This document shows positions 19,276 through 30,045 of a stretch of 64,000 bases of DNA, in pieces. The notes under the pieces were generated by a model. That model was given only the letters and a program-made list of their open reading frames with translations. It was not told the origin of the DNA and ran no database searches. Source of the DNA: an uncultured Thermococci archaeon (lineage in GTDB: Archaea; Methanobacteriota_B; Thermococci; Methanofastidiosales; B48-G16). The position numbers and the translations under genes were made by a program. Numbering within the stretch: position 1 is the first letter of the stretch; each line of letters starts with the position of its first letter. Location: contig CAZQQT010000005.1 of assembly GCA_964595645.1 (NCBI GenBank), forward strand, positions 64,001 through 128,000, read 5' to 3'.

Positions 19276-20277
19276 ATGAAGCCCGCTGTGTTTATCACGC
19301 GCGAAATACCCAAAAATGGAATTGCATTGCTTAAGGAATACTATGACATTGAACTCTGGGAAGAGAAGAAACGTCCATCTCGAGAGATTTTGTACGAAAG
19401 GGCACGGAACTGCGATGCTCTCGTCACACTTCTCAGTGATCCCGTTGATGACACACTCTTGAAGGAGGCGTCCAACCTTCGAATCATTGCACAGTACGCC
19501 GTGGGATACGATAATATCGCTATAGAGGCAGCAACGAACCGAGGAGTGTACGTCACTAACACGCCTGAGGTACTCACGGATACAACAGCTGATCTCGCAT
19601 TTTCATTTCTGCTTGCAACTGCACGAAACCTTATAGATGCAGACGCGCTTGTGAGAAGCGGGCAGTGGAAGAACGAGGGTGTTGCCTGGCATCCTCTGAT
19701 GTATCTGGGGCACGATATCTATGAAAAAACGTTAGGCATTATCGGATTTGGGAGAATTGGACAGGCTGTCGCGAAGAGAGCGCAGGGCTTTGGAATGCGT
19801 GTACTGTACTGGAGCAGGACACAAAAAAAGGAAAAAGAAAAGGAACTTCACGCAGAGTTTGTTGATTTAAAGACACTTTTGAAGGAAAGCGACTTTGTTA
19901 GTCTCCACGTTCCCCTGACAGACGAAACAGAGGATCTCATCGGTGAGAACGAACTACACATGATGAAAGATACGTCTATCCTGATAAATACAGCACGAGG
20001 GAACGTCGTAAACACTGATGCGTTGATAAAAGCTCTCAAAAATGAGTGGATTGCCGGAGCGGGATTGGATGTGTTTGAGGAAGAGCCATATTTCAATGAG
20101 CAACTTTTCAACTGTGACCATCTGGTGGTCACACCACATATCGGAAGTGCTACACACGGTGCGCGGGAAGCAATGGCAGAACTGGTGGCCGAAAACCTCA
20201 TCGCTTTTGCCAAAGGAAATATTCCTCCTACACTCATCAATCGCGAAGTAACAGAGGTCAGAAGACCCGGATTTTAA
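19276..20277 (+). CDS. gyaR: Glyoxylate reductase (D-2-hydroxyacid dehydrogenase)
   Basis: [45 protein letters not shown]; Thermococcales-like C-terminus VRRPGF. Confidence 0.9.
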   Translation: MKPAVFITREIPKNGIALLKEYYDIELWEEKKRPSREILYERARNCDALVTLLSDPVDDTLLKEASNLRIIAQYAVGYDNIAIEAATNRGVYVTNTPEVLTDTTADLAFSFLLATARNLIDADALVRSGQWKNEGVAWHPLMYLGHDIYEKTLGIIGFGRIGQAVAKRAQGFGMRVLYWSRTQKKEKEKELHAEFVDLKTLLKESDFVSLHVPLTDETEDLIGENELHMMKDTSILINTARGNVVNTDALIKALKNEWIAGAGLDVFEEEPYFNEQLFNCDHLVVTPHIGSATHGAREAMAELVAENLIAFAKGNIPPTLINREVTEVRRPGF

Positions 20278-20315
20278 TTTTCTTGTGCAAGAAAAAATAT
20301 TTATACAGAGAGATT

Positions 20316-21299
20316 ATGGATAAAACTATGCAAAATGAATGTAACACAAAGGGTACGCTTCCATCGGCGGCGGATGCCATTGGAAATACTCCTCTTGTCG
20401 AGTTGAGTCGTCTTACTAAAGACATTGATGGAAGAATCTTGGCAAAAATGGACTATCTTAATCCAGGTTATTCAAAAAAAGATAGAATCGCTCTCCAGAT
20501 AATTGAAGATGCTGAATCCAAAGGGCTCCTGAAACCTGGACAGACGGTTGTTGAACTTACCAGTGGTAACACAGGAACAGGACTGGCGATTGTGTGCGGT
20601 ATCAAAGGGCACCATTTTGTGGCTGTTATGTCAAAAGGGAACTCGATGGAGAGAGCCAGGATGATGTCAGCACTTGGTGCTGAGGTTGTGCTTGTTGATC
20701 AGCTTCCCGACTCTACACCTGGACAGGTATCCGGAGGAGATCTTGAGCTTGTAGAACGTGAGACACAGCGAATCGTTGAAGAGAGAGATGCGTTTAGAGC
20801 TGATCAGTTTCGGCTCGAAGGCAACTTTCGAGCCCACTACCTCCACACAGGTCCTGAAATTATCAGACAGGCCGGAACCTTTGATGCCTTCTGTGATTTT
20901 GTAGGCACGGGAGGGACCTTTGCAGGGTGTGCCGCAGCCTTTAAAGAGCATGATCCTACCATCTCATGTTTTATTGTTGAACCGGAAGGAACGCCTATCC
21001 TCGCGGGCAAACCGGTAACGAACCCAAACCACAAAATTCAGGGTGGAGGGTACTCTATGGAGGATCTTCCTCTCCTCAGGGAGGAACATATTGATGGATA
21101 TCTCACAGCGTCGAATGAAGAGGCTATTGAGATGGCACGAGCACTGGCAAAAAAAGAAGGAGTCTTTGCAGGATTCTCCTCTGGTGCTAACATTGCAGCC
21201 GCGGTAAAACTGCTCGAAACGGATTTTGTGGACAAAACTATTGTTGTCATAATGAATGATTCAGGGTTAAAGTATTTGAGCACAGATCTATGGGAATAA
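20316..21299 (+). CDS. PLP-dependent cysteine synthase-family protein
   Basis: IGNTPLV, NPGYSKKDR, TSGNTG, GTGGT, GFSSGAN, DSGLKYLST. Confidence 0.92.
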   Translation: MDKTMQNECNTKGTLPSAADAIGNTPLVELSRLTKDIDGRILAKMDYLNPGYSKKDRIALQIIEDAESKGLLKPGQTVVELTSGNTGTGLAIVCGIKGHHFVAVMSKGNSMERARMMSALGAEVVLVDQLPDSTPGQVSGGDLELVERETQRIVEERDAFRADQFRLEGNFRAHYLHTGPEIIRQAGTFDAFCDFVGTGGTFAGCAAAFKEHDPTISCFIVEPEGTPILAGKPVTNPNHKIQGGGYSMEDLPLLREEHIDGYLTASNEEAIEMARALAKKEGVFAGFSSGANIAAAVKLLETDFVDKTIVVIMNDSGLKYLSTDLWE

Positions 21300-21526
21300 A
21301 CGAGAGATACGAACAACATTCTCGAGTTATATGAAGAAGGCACGTATATATCTCCCTGGATTTAATTCCTTTTAAAATAGATTTATTAGATTTTTAGTTT
21401 TTATCTGTACCTTAATATGAACATAGTCTACGGGAGTACTATAGACCATTGTTGACATATCTTTATTGAAGAAAAAATTTCAATCTGCCCTTATACACAC
21501 GGTGCAAAGTGAAACGAAATGTGAGC

Positions 21527-22087
21527 TCATAGGGGAACTCCTGATCTCGGATTGATTGCCGACATTCTTCTAGTCTTGTGCACTCTTATTCTCTCCTCCC
21601 CGTTCATGAAGGGTTTGGTCTCTTTGAACAAAATGAACGCATCGAACGCATCAAAAAGCGGCACTTCTGGATTATAACATCCTAAATCTGCTAGAGATTC
21701 AGCTACACATACTACCTCTGTCTCAACGTGAAGGTTGATATACACCATACTCCACTCAGTGTTTGTATCAACAAGATCACGTGCTGTCGTCCCATTGGCG
21801 AATTCAATGAGATCAGGATTTATCGTGGAGGCCATGATTGTATAGAGTGGTACGCCTACTGCAGTCAACCGCTGTGTCCATGGTGCAGATTCCAGCACCA
21901 TACGCGTGGTTTTTCGTGTATGATAACACCCGTACAACGCTACCACCGAACCGTATTCCTGCGTCACGTACTGAATATTAGCTACAATCTGTTCCTCCCG
22001 TATGGACGCAGCCCGGTATTTTCTTGCAACCCATTCTAGTGAAGTATCAACGGTGCCCTGTTCATTGCGAATCCGTGCAATATCCAT
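21527..22087 (-). pseudogene. Possible C-terminal fragment of an erythromycin-esterase-like protein
   Basis: REEQIVANI...VVALYGCYHT and FDAFIL resemble the family C-terminal half; no N-terminal part visible. Confidence 0.35.
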
Positions 22088-22369
22088 ATTTACCGCATCC
22101 GTCTTTTAGAAATGAGGCATTCAAACTTATATAGTACCTACAAATCACTTATGATCTCTCACACTTCTTTTTTCGCGCTTTTTCGTTTACTCACTACTAT
22201 TTCTATTTCTTTGGGCAGTCAGAGAGCTTCTATTAAGAGTGGAGAAATATAACTGCAGAGCACGAGCTCGAAAACACGGAAAAGCGTGAAAGCGTTTTTT
22301 TAAAAAATGGATTTCAACTGATTGTATTTGAGATAGCATATATAAAGTTGATCAACATATCACTAGTAG

Positions 22370-22693
22370 GTGAGAACAATGGCTGAGATGTACGAGGTAA
22401 AAATTACTGTGTTGAAACGGCTTGATCCATCAGATGTTTTTGAGAAGCTTCCCGTAACACCAAAGGAAGAGTTAGAGACTTGTGAACTTTTTGACGACGG
22501 TGAGGAGTTCATCAGTACGGGAGCTAGAATGCCCGAAGGATTCCCCTGTGCTGCAGCGTGGCAGGTGCTGTATCCTCCTGTCAGAGTACTGGCCTTCGGC
22601 GGTAATATGCCATGGTACGAAGAAGAGGGTGTTGCAGTATATTGTTGCCCCGATGGGTTGCGTCCTGTTGTATTCAAACTGGAACGAATTTAG
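22370..22693 (+). CDS. TIGR04076-family protein
   Basis: PEGFPCAAAW, CCPDGLRPVVFKLERI. Confidence 0.92.
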   Translation: MRTMAEMYEVKITVLKRLDPSDVFEKLPVTPKEELETCELFDDGEEFISTGARMPEGFPCAAAWQVLYPPVRVLAFGGNMPWYEEEGVAVYCCPDGLRPVVFKLERI

Positions 22694-23120
22694 TAGGATC
22701 AATCTTTTGAGAATGGCCACTACGCTTTTTTCAGATCTCTTTTTTGTATACTTCATAGCACATAATCCATCCAGTGATATACTCGCGTGATCGCCCTGTT
22801 ATCATAGAGGAGGGAGTGTCACGTCTTGAGAAGATAGTATCTGTCGTCAAGGCAGAGTAATATATTCGCCGTGTTTATCTCTCCCTGCGGCCTCGTTCAT
22901 ACGCTTTGACTCTTATAGAAGTAATACAAAACTCCTCCCCGCACCACCCCTACAAAGAATGAAGACGAGATGGAGAATTCCGATCATGATACAAAAACAT
23001 GCACTTACGGGAAAGAAATAGGACCATTTCCCATATCTCTTTTCGCGCGTGACGGCATAAGAATCGAGAAATTAATGGATAACTATTTAAGGAATGATAG
23101 GATAAATACATACGAACATA

Positions 23121-24065
23121 ATGGATATCGTACTCTCCGATTTTCATATTGGGAATAAAAATTCGACGCTCAGCTCTTCGGAGGAAGCGAAGCGACTCAG
23201 CACTCAGTTTGCAAAAGAAATTGCCAGTCTGGACACACATACTGAAAAGGTGATTCTCCTTGGAGATATATTCGACTGGTGGGATATGGATATCGCACGC
23301 TCCATGAGAACTGCACGGATATTTTTTGAAACGCTCGATACACTCGCAGATGAGATCCTGTACATCCCTGGAAACCACGATCATCACGCACTGATTATAT
23401 GTGAAGAGATGGAGAGAATCCAGATGATGGAGGAGGATCGGGTGCCCACACTTCCATTTCGGGATATTCTTCGGTACGAGTTTCCACACAGATCGGATAC
23501 ATTTGTAGAGGCACCGTTACTGAAAGGATTGTTCCCCGGATTTTCAGGACATATTCAGCTCGTATATCCTGAATATACGTTGAAATGGAAGGAGAAAGAG
23601 ATTCTTCTGAGGCACGGCCATTATTTGGACACAGGTCTTTTTCAGGTCATGCCGTGGATTTTTCAACGATTTGTACGGAAAATTCAAAGTGAGAAAGATT
23701 TTGAGATTATCAATACCCCTATTTACGAGCATCTGTACAGTGTCGGATCTGTGCCGGAAATCAACGATTTTTATCAACGTATTTTTACTCTTGTGAATAA
23801 GATTACTTCCTTTTTTTATAGAAAACAGACTCGAAAAGACATTGTCAGTAGAAAAGATGATATTACACAGTTTTTCACGAAGTTTAAACACAATACGTAT
23901 CCCGACTTCTTTATTTTTGGTCATACACATTTCGCTGGTACAGCGCACCTAGGAACTATGGAACTTTTTAACACTGGTTGTTGGGTACACGAGCAGAACT
24001 CTAGTCATAATACGTATCTTACCATCGATGATGACATTGTCGTGAGAGCGTTGGGCAAAGTGTAG
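23121..24065 (+). CDS. Calcineurin-like metallophosphoesterase
   Basis: SDFHIG, GDIFD, PGNHDH, HGH, FGHTH, NTGCW. Confidence 0.9.
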   Translation: MDIVLSDFHIGNKNSTLSSSEEAKRLSTQFAKEIASLDTHTEKVILLGDIFDWWDMDIARSMRTARIFFETLDTLADEILYIPGNHDHHALIICEEMERIQMMEEDRVPTLPFRDILRYEFPHRSDTFVEAPLLKGLFPGFSGHIQLVYPEYTLKWKEKEILLRHGHYLDTGLFQVMPWIFQRFVRKIQSEKDFEIINTPIYEHLYSVGSVPEINDFYQRIFTLVNKITSFFYRKQTRKDIVSRKDDITQFFTKFKHNTYPDFFIFGHTHFAGTAHLGTMELFNTGCWVHEQNSSHNTYLTIDDDIVVRALGKV

Positions 24066-24206
24066 CAATCAGACGGAATATCTCTTCTTATTGAGCGAAT
24101 GAAGAAGGATTTTTCACGTTACAATAGGTGCTATTACATGAGACAGATGAGAACAAGAACATACGTTTATTAATCTCTTTACTACAGTATAGACGAGGAG
24201 CTACGT

Positions 24207-24761
24207 ATGGATGAAGAAGAAAAACATTTTCATTTTGTGAGCACACGAGAGGAAGCACGTAGGATCATAGACGATCAGGAGCGGTACTGGGTTTCTAACT
24301 GTGGGTGTCGGGAAGGAGGATCGGGATGCGAACGATCTCGGATGGATCTGTGTCTGTTTTTCGACACAGCGATGACCGGCACCGGTACGGACTTTAGAGA
24401 AGTTGATCACGCGTTTGTCGAGGGTATTCTTGAGGAGGCGGAGGAAAAGCACCTCGTCTGTCGGCCGTTCCGGTACATGGATGACAGAACACGTATCCAA
24501 GGTATCTGCTTCTGTTGTGACGATTGTTGCTACTACTTCACAGCAGACTTACCCGATCCCGTGAATGAGGGGACATTCATTGAACGAACAGATATGGAGG
24601 CCTGCACTCAGTGCGGAGTGTGCACGGAGGTTTGTTATTTTGGTGCTCGTGTAATGAACGAGAACACACTCACGATTATCCGAGAGAACTGTTATGGTTG
24701 CGGTCTCTGTGTTGATGTCTGTTCTGTGGATTGTATCGAGATGGAGGAACGGGAGTACTGA
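24207..24761 (+). CDS. 4Fe-4S binding protein
   Basis: CGCR, ICFCCDDCC and two CxxCxxCxxxC motifs. Confidence 0.88.
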   Translation: MDEEEKHFHFVSTREEARRIIDDQERYWVSNCGCREGGSGCERSRMDLCLFFDTAMTGTGTDFREVDHAFVEGILEEAEEKHLVCRPFRYMDDRTRIQGICFCCDDCCYYFTADLPDPVNEGTFIERTDMEACTQCGVCTEVCYFGARVMNENTLTIIRENCYGCGLCVDVCSVDCIEMEEREY

Positions 24762-24836
24762 TAGATATTCCAAGCCCGCTTACTACACTGGTGTTCAGAA
24801 GAGATCAAAAATAATTGTAAACAGTGAAGCATGCTT

Positions 24837-25607
24837 TTACTTTCTTCTTAAAGAAAACAGCTTCTTCACATGATCACACACTATTTTTTTGCTTCTCTTT
24901 ACATTCTCACCTCCAAATCCAGCTTTCCACTTCTCACCAGAGAGTTCATCAGTAATGACGATCACAGCCGCAAACGCTGTCTCCCGGTACATCGCAATGG
25001 CCATCAACGCGGTACATTCCATTTCTACAGCCACCGCTCCTTTCTCTGCATATGCGTCGATTTTATCTCTCGTCTCGCGGAAGGGTGCATCGGTGGTCCA
25101 GATACCCCCTGTTACGATATCAACATCGTCAAAACATTCTTTGAGCTTTGAGAAAAGAGAGTTAGTGGGTTTCACAGTGGTATCCGGAGGGAGATAGTGG
25201 TACGATGTTCCTTCTTCTCGAATTCCCCAGGAAGGGAGGAAAATATCGCCTATCTTGCAGTGAGAGGCTACCGATCCTGCCTCACCCACCATCAGTACGC
25301 GTTCTATTCCGGAACTAATGAGGGTCTCCAGTAGCATCCCTGCAGCAGGTGCGCCGAAAAACGCTCTACAGATGACAAGGTCGTTATCCATTGTTCCCTC
25401 TAGTAATCCAGGAAGATCGCTTATCTTTTCACCCTCCATGAGCCCACACGTTTCCAGCAACATATGGTATGTCTCCGATTCGAAGCAGATGACCGCATTT
25501 TTTGCAGTCAGTAGTGTGGCCATTGCAAAGGGTGTTATGATTTCTTTTTCGGAGGAGAACCAGTGAAGAGGCGAGTTGTTGTTCATGGCAGATACTCCAT
25601 AGTTCAT
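24837..25607 (-). CDS. Nucleoside phosphorylase (PNP/UDP family)
   Basis: GAPAA, REEGTSYHY, WTTDAPFRET, VEMECTA. Confidence 0.92.
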   Translation of the reverse strand: MNYGVSAMNNNSPLHWFSSEKEIITPFAMATLLTAKNAVICFESETYHMLLETCGLMEGEKISDLPGLLEGTMDNDLVICRAFFGAPAAGMLLETLISSGIERVLMVGEAGSVASHCKIGDIFLPSWGIREEGTSYHYLPPDTTVKPTNSLFSKLKECFDDVDIVTGGIWTTDAPFRETRDKIDAYAEKGAVAVEMECTALMAIAMYRETAFAAVIVITDELSGEKWKAGFGGENVKRSKKIVCDHVKKLFSLRRK

Positions 25608-25688
25608 CTAAAATATTTTTCGTTAACTATGGTATGGAAGGCAATACCTCTGTAAATCTCACGAAGACTATGATACTTGGCTATTTCA

Positions 25689-25949
25689 CTACTTCTTAAT
25701 GGCAATCCTGTACAGTGCGACTACAACCAGCAGGTATGCGAGTAGTCTAATCCCAATTAATATGTCCTCCAGCGAGTCCTTATACCCAAAGAGCGTCGCT
25801 AAATGCGAGACGCCGAACAATCCGAAGGCGATGCCAACGTACAATCCCATCTCGTTATTTTTCTTTTTGTAACTCCACAGGCCAAGGAGCAAAATAATGA
25901 TACAGAGCACCAGATTTACTCCATACAGCGGATCCCATTCAAACATCAT
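25689..25949 (-). CDS. Small three-TM membrane protein
   Basis: Three hydrophobic helices, AFGLFGVSHL; GGTGA SD. Confidence 0.75.
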   Translation of the reverse strand: MMFEWDPLYGVNLVLCIIILLLGLWSYKKKNNEMGLYVGIAFGLFGVSHLATLFGYKDSLEDILIGIRLLAYLLVVVALYRIAIKK

Positions 25950-26051
25950 CTAATATCACCATCCCACGTATGTCCAGCGAGTATAAATACTTGTTGGAAA
26001 GATGGTATGCTGCTCAACCTTGGATAATTCAAATAAAAAAAGAAAGGAAAA

Positions 26052-27329
26052 TTATTGTGTCGATTTTGTAATGTTTACATCGTTCACGAGAACGTACGGC
26101 GCGATACCCGGAGTGAATACTTCGTACCACCATTTCACCATCTCTCGTTCCGTCGAGAGAGCCTCGATACTCTTGTAGATGTTCAACATGTTGTCGCTCA
26201 CGCGGATATCCTTCCACGCTTCCTTCTGTTTGCCGTTCTCGTAGTAGAGGATAGCGTCTCGTGGGATAGTCGAGAAGTCACCGGTCATCCGATTCTGGAA
26301 TCGGGTATACCACGTGTTCGTGAGATACAGTCCGGTGAAATCTTCGAAGAGCTCTTCTTTGCTGCGATCTCCGGGTGTAACTTCAAAGTTCCACGCTTCC
26401 GGCGTGACAAGTCCCGCGTTGCCCGTTGTCTCTGTATCGAATTTCTCGGCGGTGGACGTATTGTGGAGGTATGTGTTGTACACGCCCTTGTCAATAATCT
26501 TATTCTCTCGGGTGGCAACACCTTCGTCGTCAAACTTTCGAGAGTAAAGTCCCCTTCCCGTATCGATCAGCGTGAAGAACTTCGGTGTCACCGTCTCCCC
26601 AATTTTCTCCGTGAAGAAGGACAGTCCTGCGTCCACATTGAACGCGGAGGCAGAGCCGAGCGTGTAGTTCACCACACTGCCAAAGACCAGGGGGTCGAGT
26701 AGGAGGTCGTACTTTCCGACGTCACCGCTCCGTGGATTTTTATAGCACTGCGCGAGTTCGTAAGCATCCTTTGCCGCCTTTACAGGTTTAAAATTGTGTA
26801 GATCCGTGGCTGTACTCACTCTGTGACCCGATACCTCATTTTCCAAGAAGATACGGATGGAGAACTCGATGTTTGCCGTTTCGTTCCCTGCATGGGTGTA
26901 GGGCGTTGCGATACGTCGTTTCCTATGGTATTTATAGACCGTGCCGGCCGCAGTACCCTTTACCTCATTCAGTGCGTCGTGTACGTACTTTTTACAGTCT
27001 GCATCCACGATTTTTTTGTCAAATGGGATATCGGTGTAGTCAAATCCATCCTGTGCAATGCCGTGGTAGTTCTTATTTTCACTCGTTTTTTTCACAAACT
27101 TCATGAGGGTTTTGAGGGAATTGTCAACGTTGTCAAGATCTTTGAGTGTGGTAGACATAGTCTTTTTTCCGACGGCTACAAAGACATCCGCCTTCCGTTC
27201 AACCCAGTTCTTTGCGATATCTATCTTATTCCTCGAGAACCGCACCTGCTCAATATCTTCCTCAGTGATCTTCACTACCGCATCATCTGCTCCCAACTCA
27301 AGGAGTGTATCCAACATTTCTTTCTCCAT
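26052..27329 (-). CDS. TldE/PmbA-family protein
   Basis: FDDEGV, TTGNAG, WYTRFQN, STIPRD; no HExxxH; ATG27329. Confidence 0.92.
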   Translation of the reverse strand: MEKEMLDTLLELGADDAVVKITEEDIEQVRFSRNKIDIAKNWVERKADVFVAVGKKTMSTTLKDLDNVDNSLKTLMKFVKKTSENKNYHGIAQDGFDYTDIPFDKKIVDADCKKYVHDALNEVKGTAAGTVYKYHRKRRIATPYTHAGNETANIEFSIRIFLENEVSGHRVSTATDLHNFKPVKAAKDAYELAQCYKNPRSGDVGKYDLLLDPLVFGSVVNYTLGSASAFNVDAGLSFFTEKIGETVTPKFFTLIDTGRGLYSRKFDDEGVATRENKIIDKGVYNTYLHNTSTAEKFDTETTGNAGLVTPEAWNFEVTPGDRSKEELFEDFTGLYLTNTWYTRFQNRMTGDFSTIPRDAILYYENGKQKEAWKDIRVSDNMLNIYKSIEALSTEREMVKWWYEVFTPGIAPYVLVNDVNITKSTQ

Positions 27330-27334
27330 TATTA

Positions 27335-28717
27335 TCACCTGAACACCACATTTCGCAGGCGGATGGTTGGTCCACCCATCCAAACATCCAATCCCTGCAT
27401 GGGATCGCTCTTTCCGCATGCACCGGCGGTGAACTCGAGATCCTCGCCCACTCCGTCCACAGCCTTGTAGAACCCTGGCGTGGTAATCTCCAGCACCGGT
27501 CGTTTTACGGGGTCGCTGATCTCGCCGTTCTCAATGAGGTACGATTCCCTGCCAATGTACCGCTGGTTGTACCGTTTGTCGTCGATGTTCCACTCGGTGA
27601 AGTTCTTCATATAGATGCCACGATCGATATCCTCGATGAGCTCTTCAAAGGAGTGGTCACCAGTATCAAAGTAGGTATTCGACATCCGGGGGATTGGTTC
27701 CCTGTTGTATGCAGAGGCACGGGCAGCGCCGTTACTCTTAATACCCATCTTGTGCGCCGTCTCCCTACTGTGCAGGAACTCGTTGATCTTTCCTTCTTTG
27801 TAGAGGTACTTTTTCCGCGCCTTCACCCCGTCTTCGTCGTACTTATAGTAGCCGTAGCTGTGTTCGACGGTGGGATCCTCTGCAATATTGACGTATTCGC
27901 TTCCAACGGTCTCACCGATCATGTCCTCCTTGATGAAGGATTCTCCCGCTTGGGAAGATTCTCTCCCCAGGATTCTATCTGCCTCTGAAGGATGACCGCA
28001 GGACTCGTGCACAGCAATGCCGGTCACCTCGGGTCCGCAGAGAAGATCCATTTTTCCAGAGGGTGCCTTTTTCCCCTGGTTCGCTACCTTGTCGAGTCCC
28101 TTTACCTCCTTGACCGTTCTTTTTGTGAGATTCCAGAAATCGAGTGCTTCATACCCTCCAGCGTAGCCGAATTGTTTGTATCCCTGCTCCACCGTTTCTC
28201 CTGCTACGGTGAGGAAGTAAAAGAATCCAACCTTCGGAAGATATGCCGATATTTTCGCCCCGTCCGAGTTGATGTACTCCTGTTCAATCAGAACATCGCT
28301 GAGTTGGAACACACGGGCGGCAACCTTCACTCCCGTATCCATCACTTGGGCGTCCAGATCTTGGAGGTATCCGATCTTCCACTCAAGATCTGTGTCTGCT
28401 ATCTTTTTTTTCTGAGGTACCTTCCACTTGTCACGATGTGCTTCTTCTTTTGATAGTCCAACTTTACTTTTGTTGTTCTTTGCTACTTTCACCGCTCGTT
28501 TTACGAGATCATCAACATTGTCAGCAATATTCGTGCTGGCAAATCCTATGCCCCCATTGTACAGTACACGTAAGCTGATACCTTTCTCTTCTTCAACGTT
28601 CACCGCATCCACATTCCCATTTTTCATTACCAGTGTATTCTCTCTTTTTTTTCCGTACCGTACTTCAGCAAAGTCCGTTTTTTCTTCCGCCTTTTTAAGA
28701 ACATATTCTATATCCAT
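27335..28717 (-). CDS. TldD-family metalloprotease
   Basis: HESCGHPSEADR, YDEDGV, PRMSNT, GACGK Zn-ligand Cys. Confidence 0.94.
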   Translation of the reverse strand: MDIEYVLKKAEEKTDFAEVRYGKKRENTLVMKNGNVDAVNVEEEKGISLRVLYNGGIGFASTNIADNVDDLVKRAVKVAKNNKSKVGLSKEEAHRDKWKVPQKKKIADTDLEWKIGYLQDLDAQVMDTGVKVAARVFQLSDVLIEQEYINSDGAKISAYLPKVGFFYFLTVAGETVEQGYKQFGYAGGYEALDFWNLTKRTVKEVKGLDKVANQGKKAPSGKMDLLCGPEVTGIAVHESCGHPSEADRILGRESSQAGESFIKEDMIGETVGSEYVNIAEDPTVEHSYGYYKYDEDGVKARKKYLYKEGKINEFLHSRETAHKMGIKSNGAARASAYNREPIPRMSNTYFDTGDHSFEELIEDIDRGIYMKNFTEWNIDDKRYNQRYIGRESYLIENGEISDPVKRPVLEITTPGFYKAVDGVGEDLEFTAGACGKSDPMQGLDVWMGGPTIRLRNVVFR

Positions 28718-28725
28718 ACACTCAC

Positions 28726-30045
28726 CTAAAATTCTGTTGTTCCTGTGAATAGGAACTTCCCTAACTTCATCTTTGGAACGCGCATTCCTCCATTCATATA
28801 CGAAAAACTCTCGAGCTTTGTCTTTTCCCCGATAAATTCCACACTCTGTAGGGCTTCAAGTACATTTTGTGTAAATCGAAGGTTCTTCACCGCTTCTGTC
28901 ACTTCACCATCTTCTATGAGGAATGTGCCGTCTCGCGTCATACCGGTGATAATTGTTTTTATGGGGTGCACTGGATTCACATAGTGGAATCGAGTTACCA
29001 ATAATCCTTTCTCAGTCTCGGCAATCATCTCATCTTTGTCTGAGTCTCCCGATTCTAAGAAGAGGTTGATGGGATACGGTTTTTCTGTCTGGAGAAGTGC
29101 GTGTCCCGTTGACTCTTCCCCTGCCTTGCCAGCGGTATATGAGTTGTGTACAACATTTTTCGCGATACCTTCAGCAATGAGAGGTACCTTCTGTTTTGGG
29201 ACACCTTCAAAATCAAAGGGTAGAGCAAAGTTTGTCTGATCGAGTCCGTCATCCCAGATAGTAATGCTCTCTCCGGTGATTTTTTCGCCTAGGTTTCCGC
29301 ACATAAAACTCTTCTCTTCCTGAAAATCCATAGCACTGAACCCCATAAACGCGAGGTACATGAGCATCGTGCTGACGGCATACTCCTCCAATACTACCTC
29401 ATACTCACCGGGTTCGATCGTTTTGGCGTGTTCACTCATAATGCACCCTTCCGCAGCTTCTCTTCCCAGTTCAGCAAAGTTGAACTTGTTTACATCACGA
29501 GACGCGAAATCGGCGTAGCCAAACCCTGTATCACTTATCGCATTGGTGGTCAACACTGCTGTGGTAGATTCAAACTCTTTTTCTACACCCAGGGAATTTG
29601 CAATGGTAAAATTCGTATAGGTGGTACTGAATGCCCCTGAGACAGAACCTATGTCTTTCTCATGCGCGGTATCGATGAGTGTTTTCACATCCTCTGCCCG
29701 TTCGTCCGGTGTGGAGGCATGTGTGCTTTTATAATATGCCTTTACCGGTTTGTGCATCTTCGGTTCTGGGAGTGAGGTGAAATCAGGATTTGGTTTCTGG
29801 AGGTTGACTATTTTCTCCAGGGTCTTTATGCTGTCGTCTACACTGTCGAGGGAAGTAGTCATTACCTCCCCCACTTTCTTGTCAATGACACCTTTAATAT
29901 AGAGCTCTATATGTGTCTCGTTCACATTTTGGTGTATTATGGAGTTCGCAAATCGCGTCAGGTTGTTTTCTGTTTGTAGCACACACACTTGGAGCTGATC
30001 GAACCGATCATCGTGCACTATCTTTTGTAGAATATCTCTTACCAT
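28726..30045 (-). CDS. TldE/PmbA-family protein
   Basis: TRFANSIIHQN, PFDFEGV, STGHA, TGMTRDG; no HExxxH. Confidence 0.93.
   Translation of the reverse strand: MVRDILQKIVHDDRFDQLQVCVLQTENNLTRFANSIIHQNVNETHIELYIKGVIDKKVGEVMTTSLDSVDDSIKTLEKIVNLQKPNPDFTSLPEPKMHKPVKAYYKSTHASTPDERAEDVKTLIDTAHEKDIGSVSGAFSTTYTNFTIANSLGVEKEFESTTAVLTTNAISDTGFGYADFASRDVNKFNFAELGREAAEGCIMSEHAKTIEPGEYEVVLEEYAVSTMLMYLAFMGFSAMDFQEEKSFMCGNLGEKITGESITIWDDGLDQTNFALPFDFEGVPKQKVPLIAEGIAKNVVHNSYTAGKAGEESTGHALLQTEKPYPINLFLESGDSDKDEMIAETEKGLLVTRFHYVNPVHPIKTIITGMTRDGTFLIEDGEVTEAVKNLRFTQNVLEALQSVEFIGEKTKLESFSYMNGGMRVPKMKLGKFLFTGTTEF

Noticed and set aside
22700-23100. Short ORFs between the TIGR04076 gene and the metallophosphoesterase
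   Set aside because: Possibly another remnant, but no recognisable motif in any frame.
25689-25949. Small ORF after the TldD/E operon as a RiPP precursor
   Set aside because: It is a hydrophobic three-TM protein with its own SD; no leader/core pattern and no YcaO or radical SAM gene nearby.
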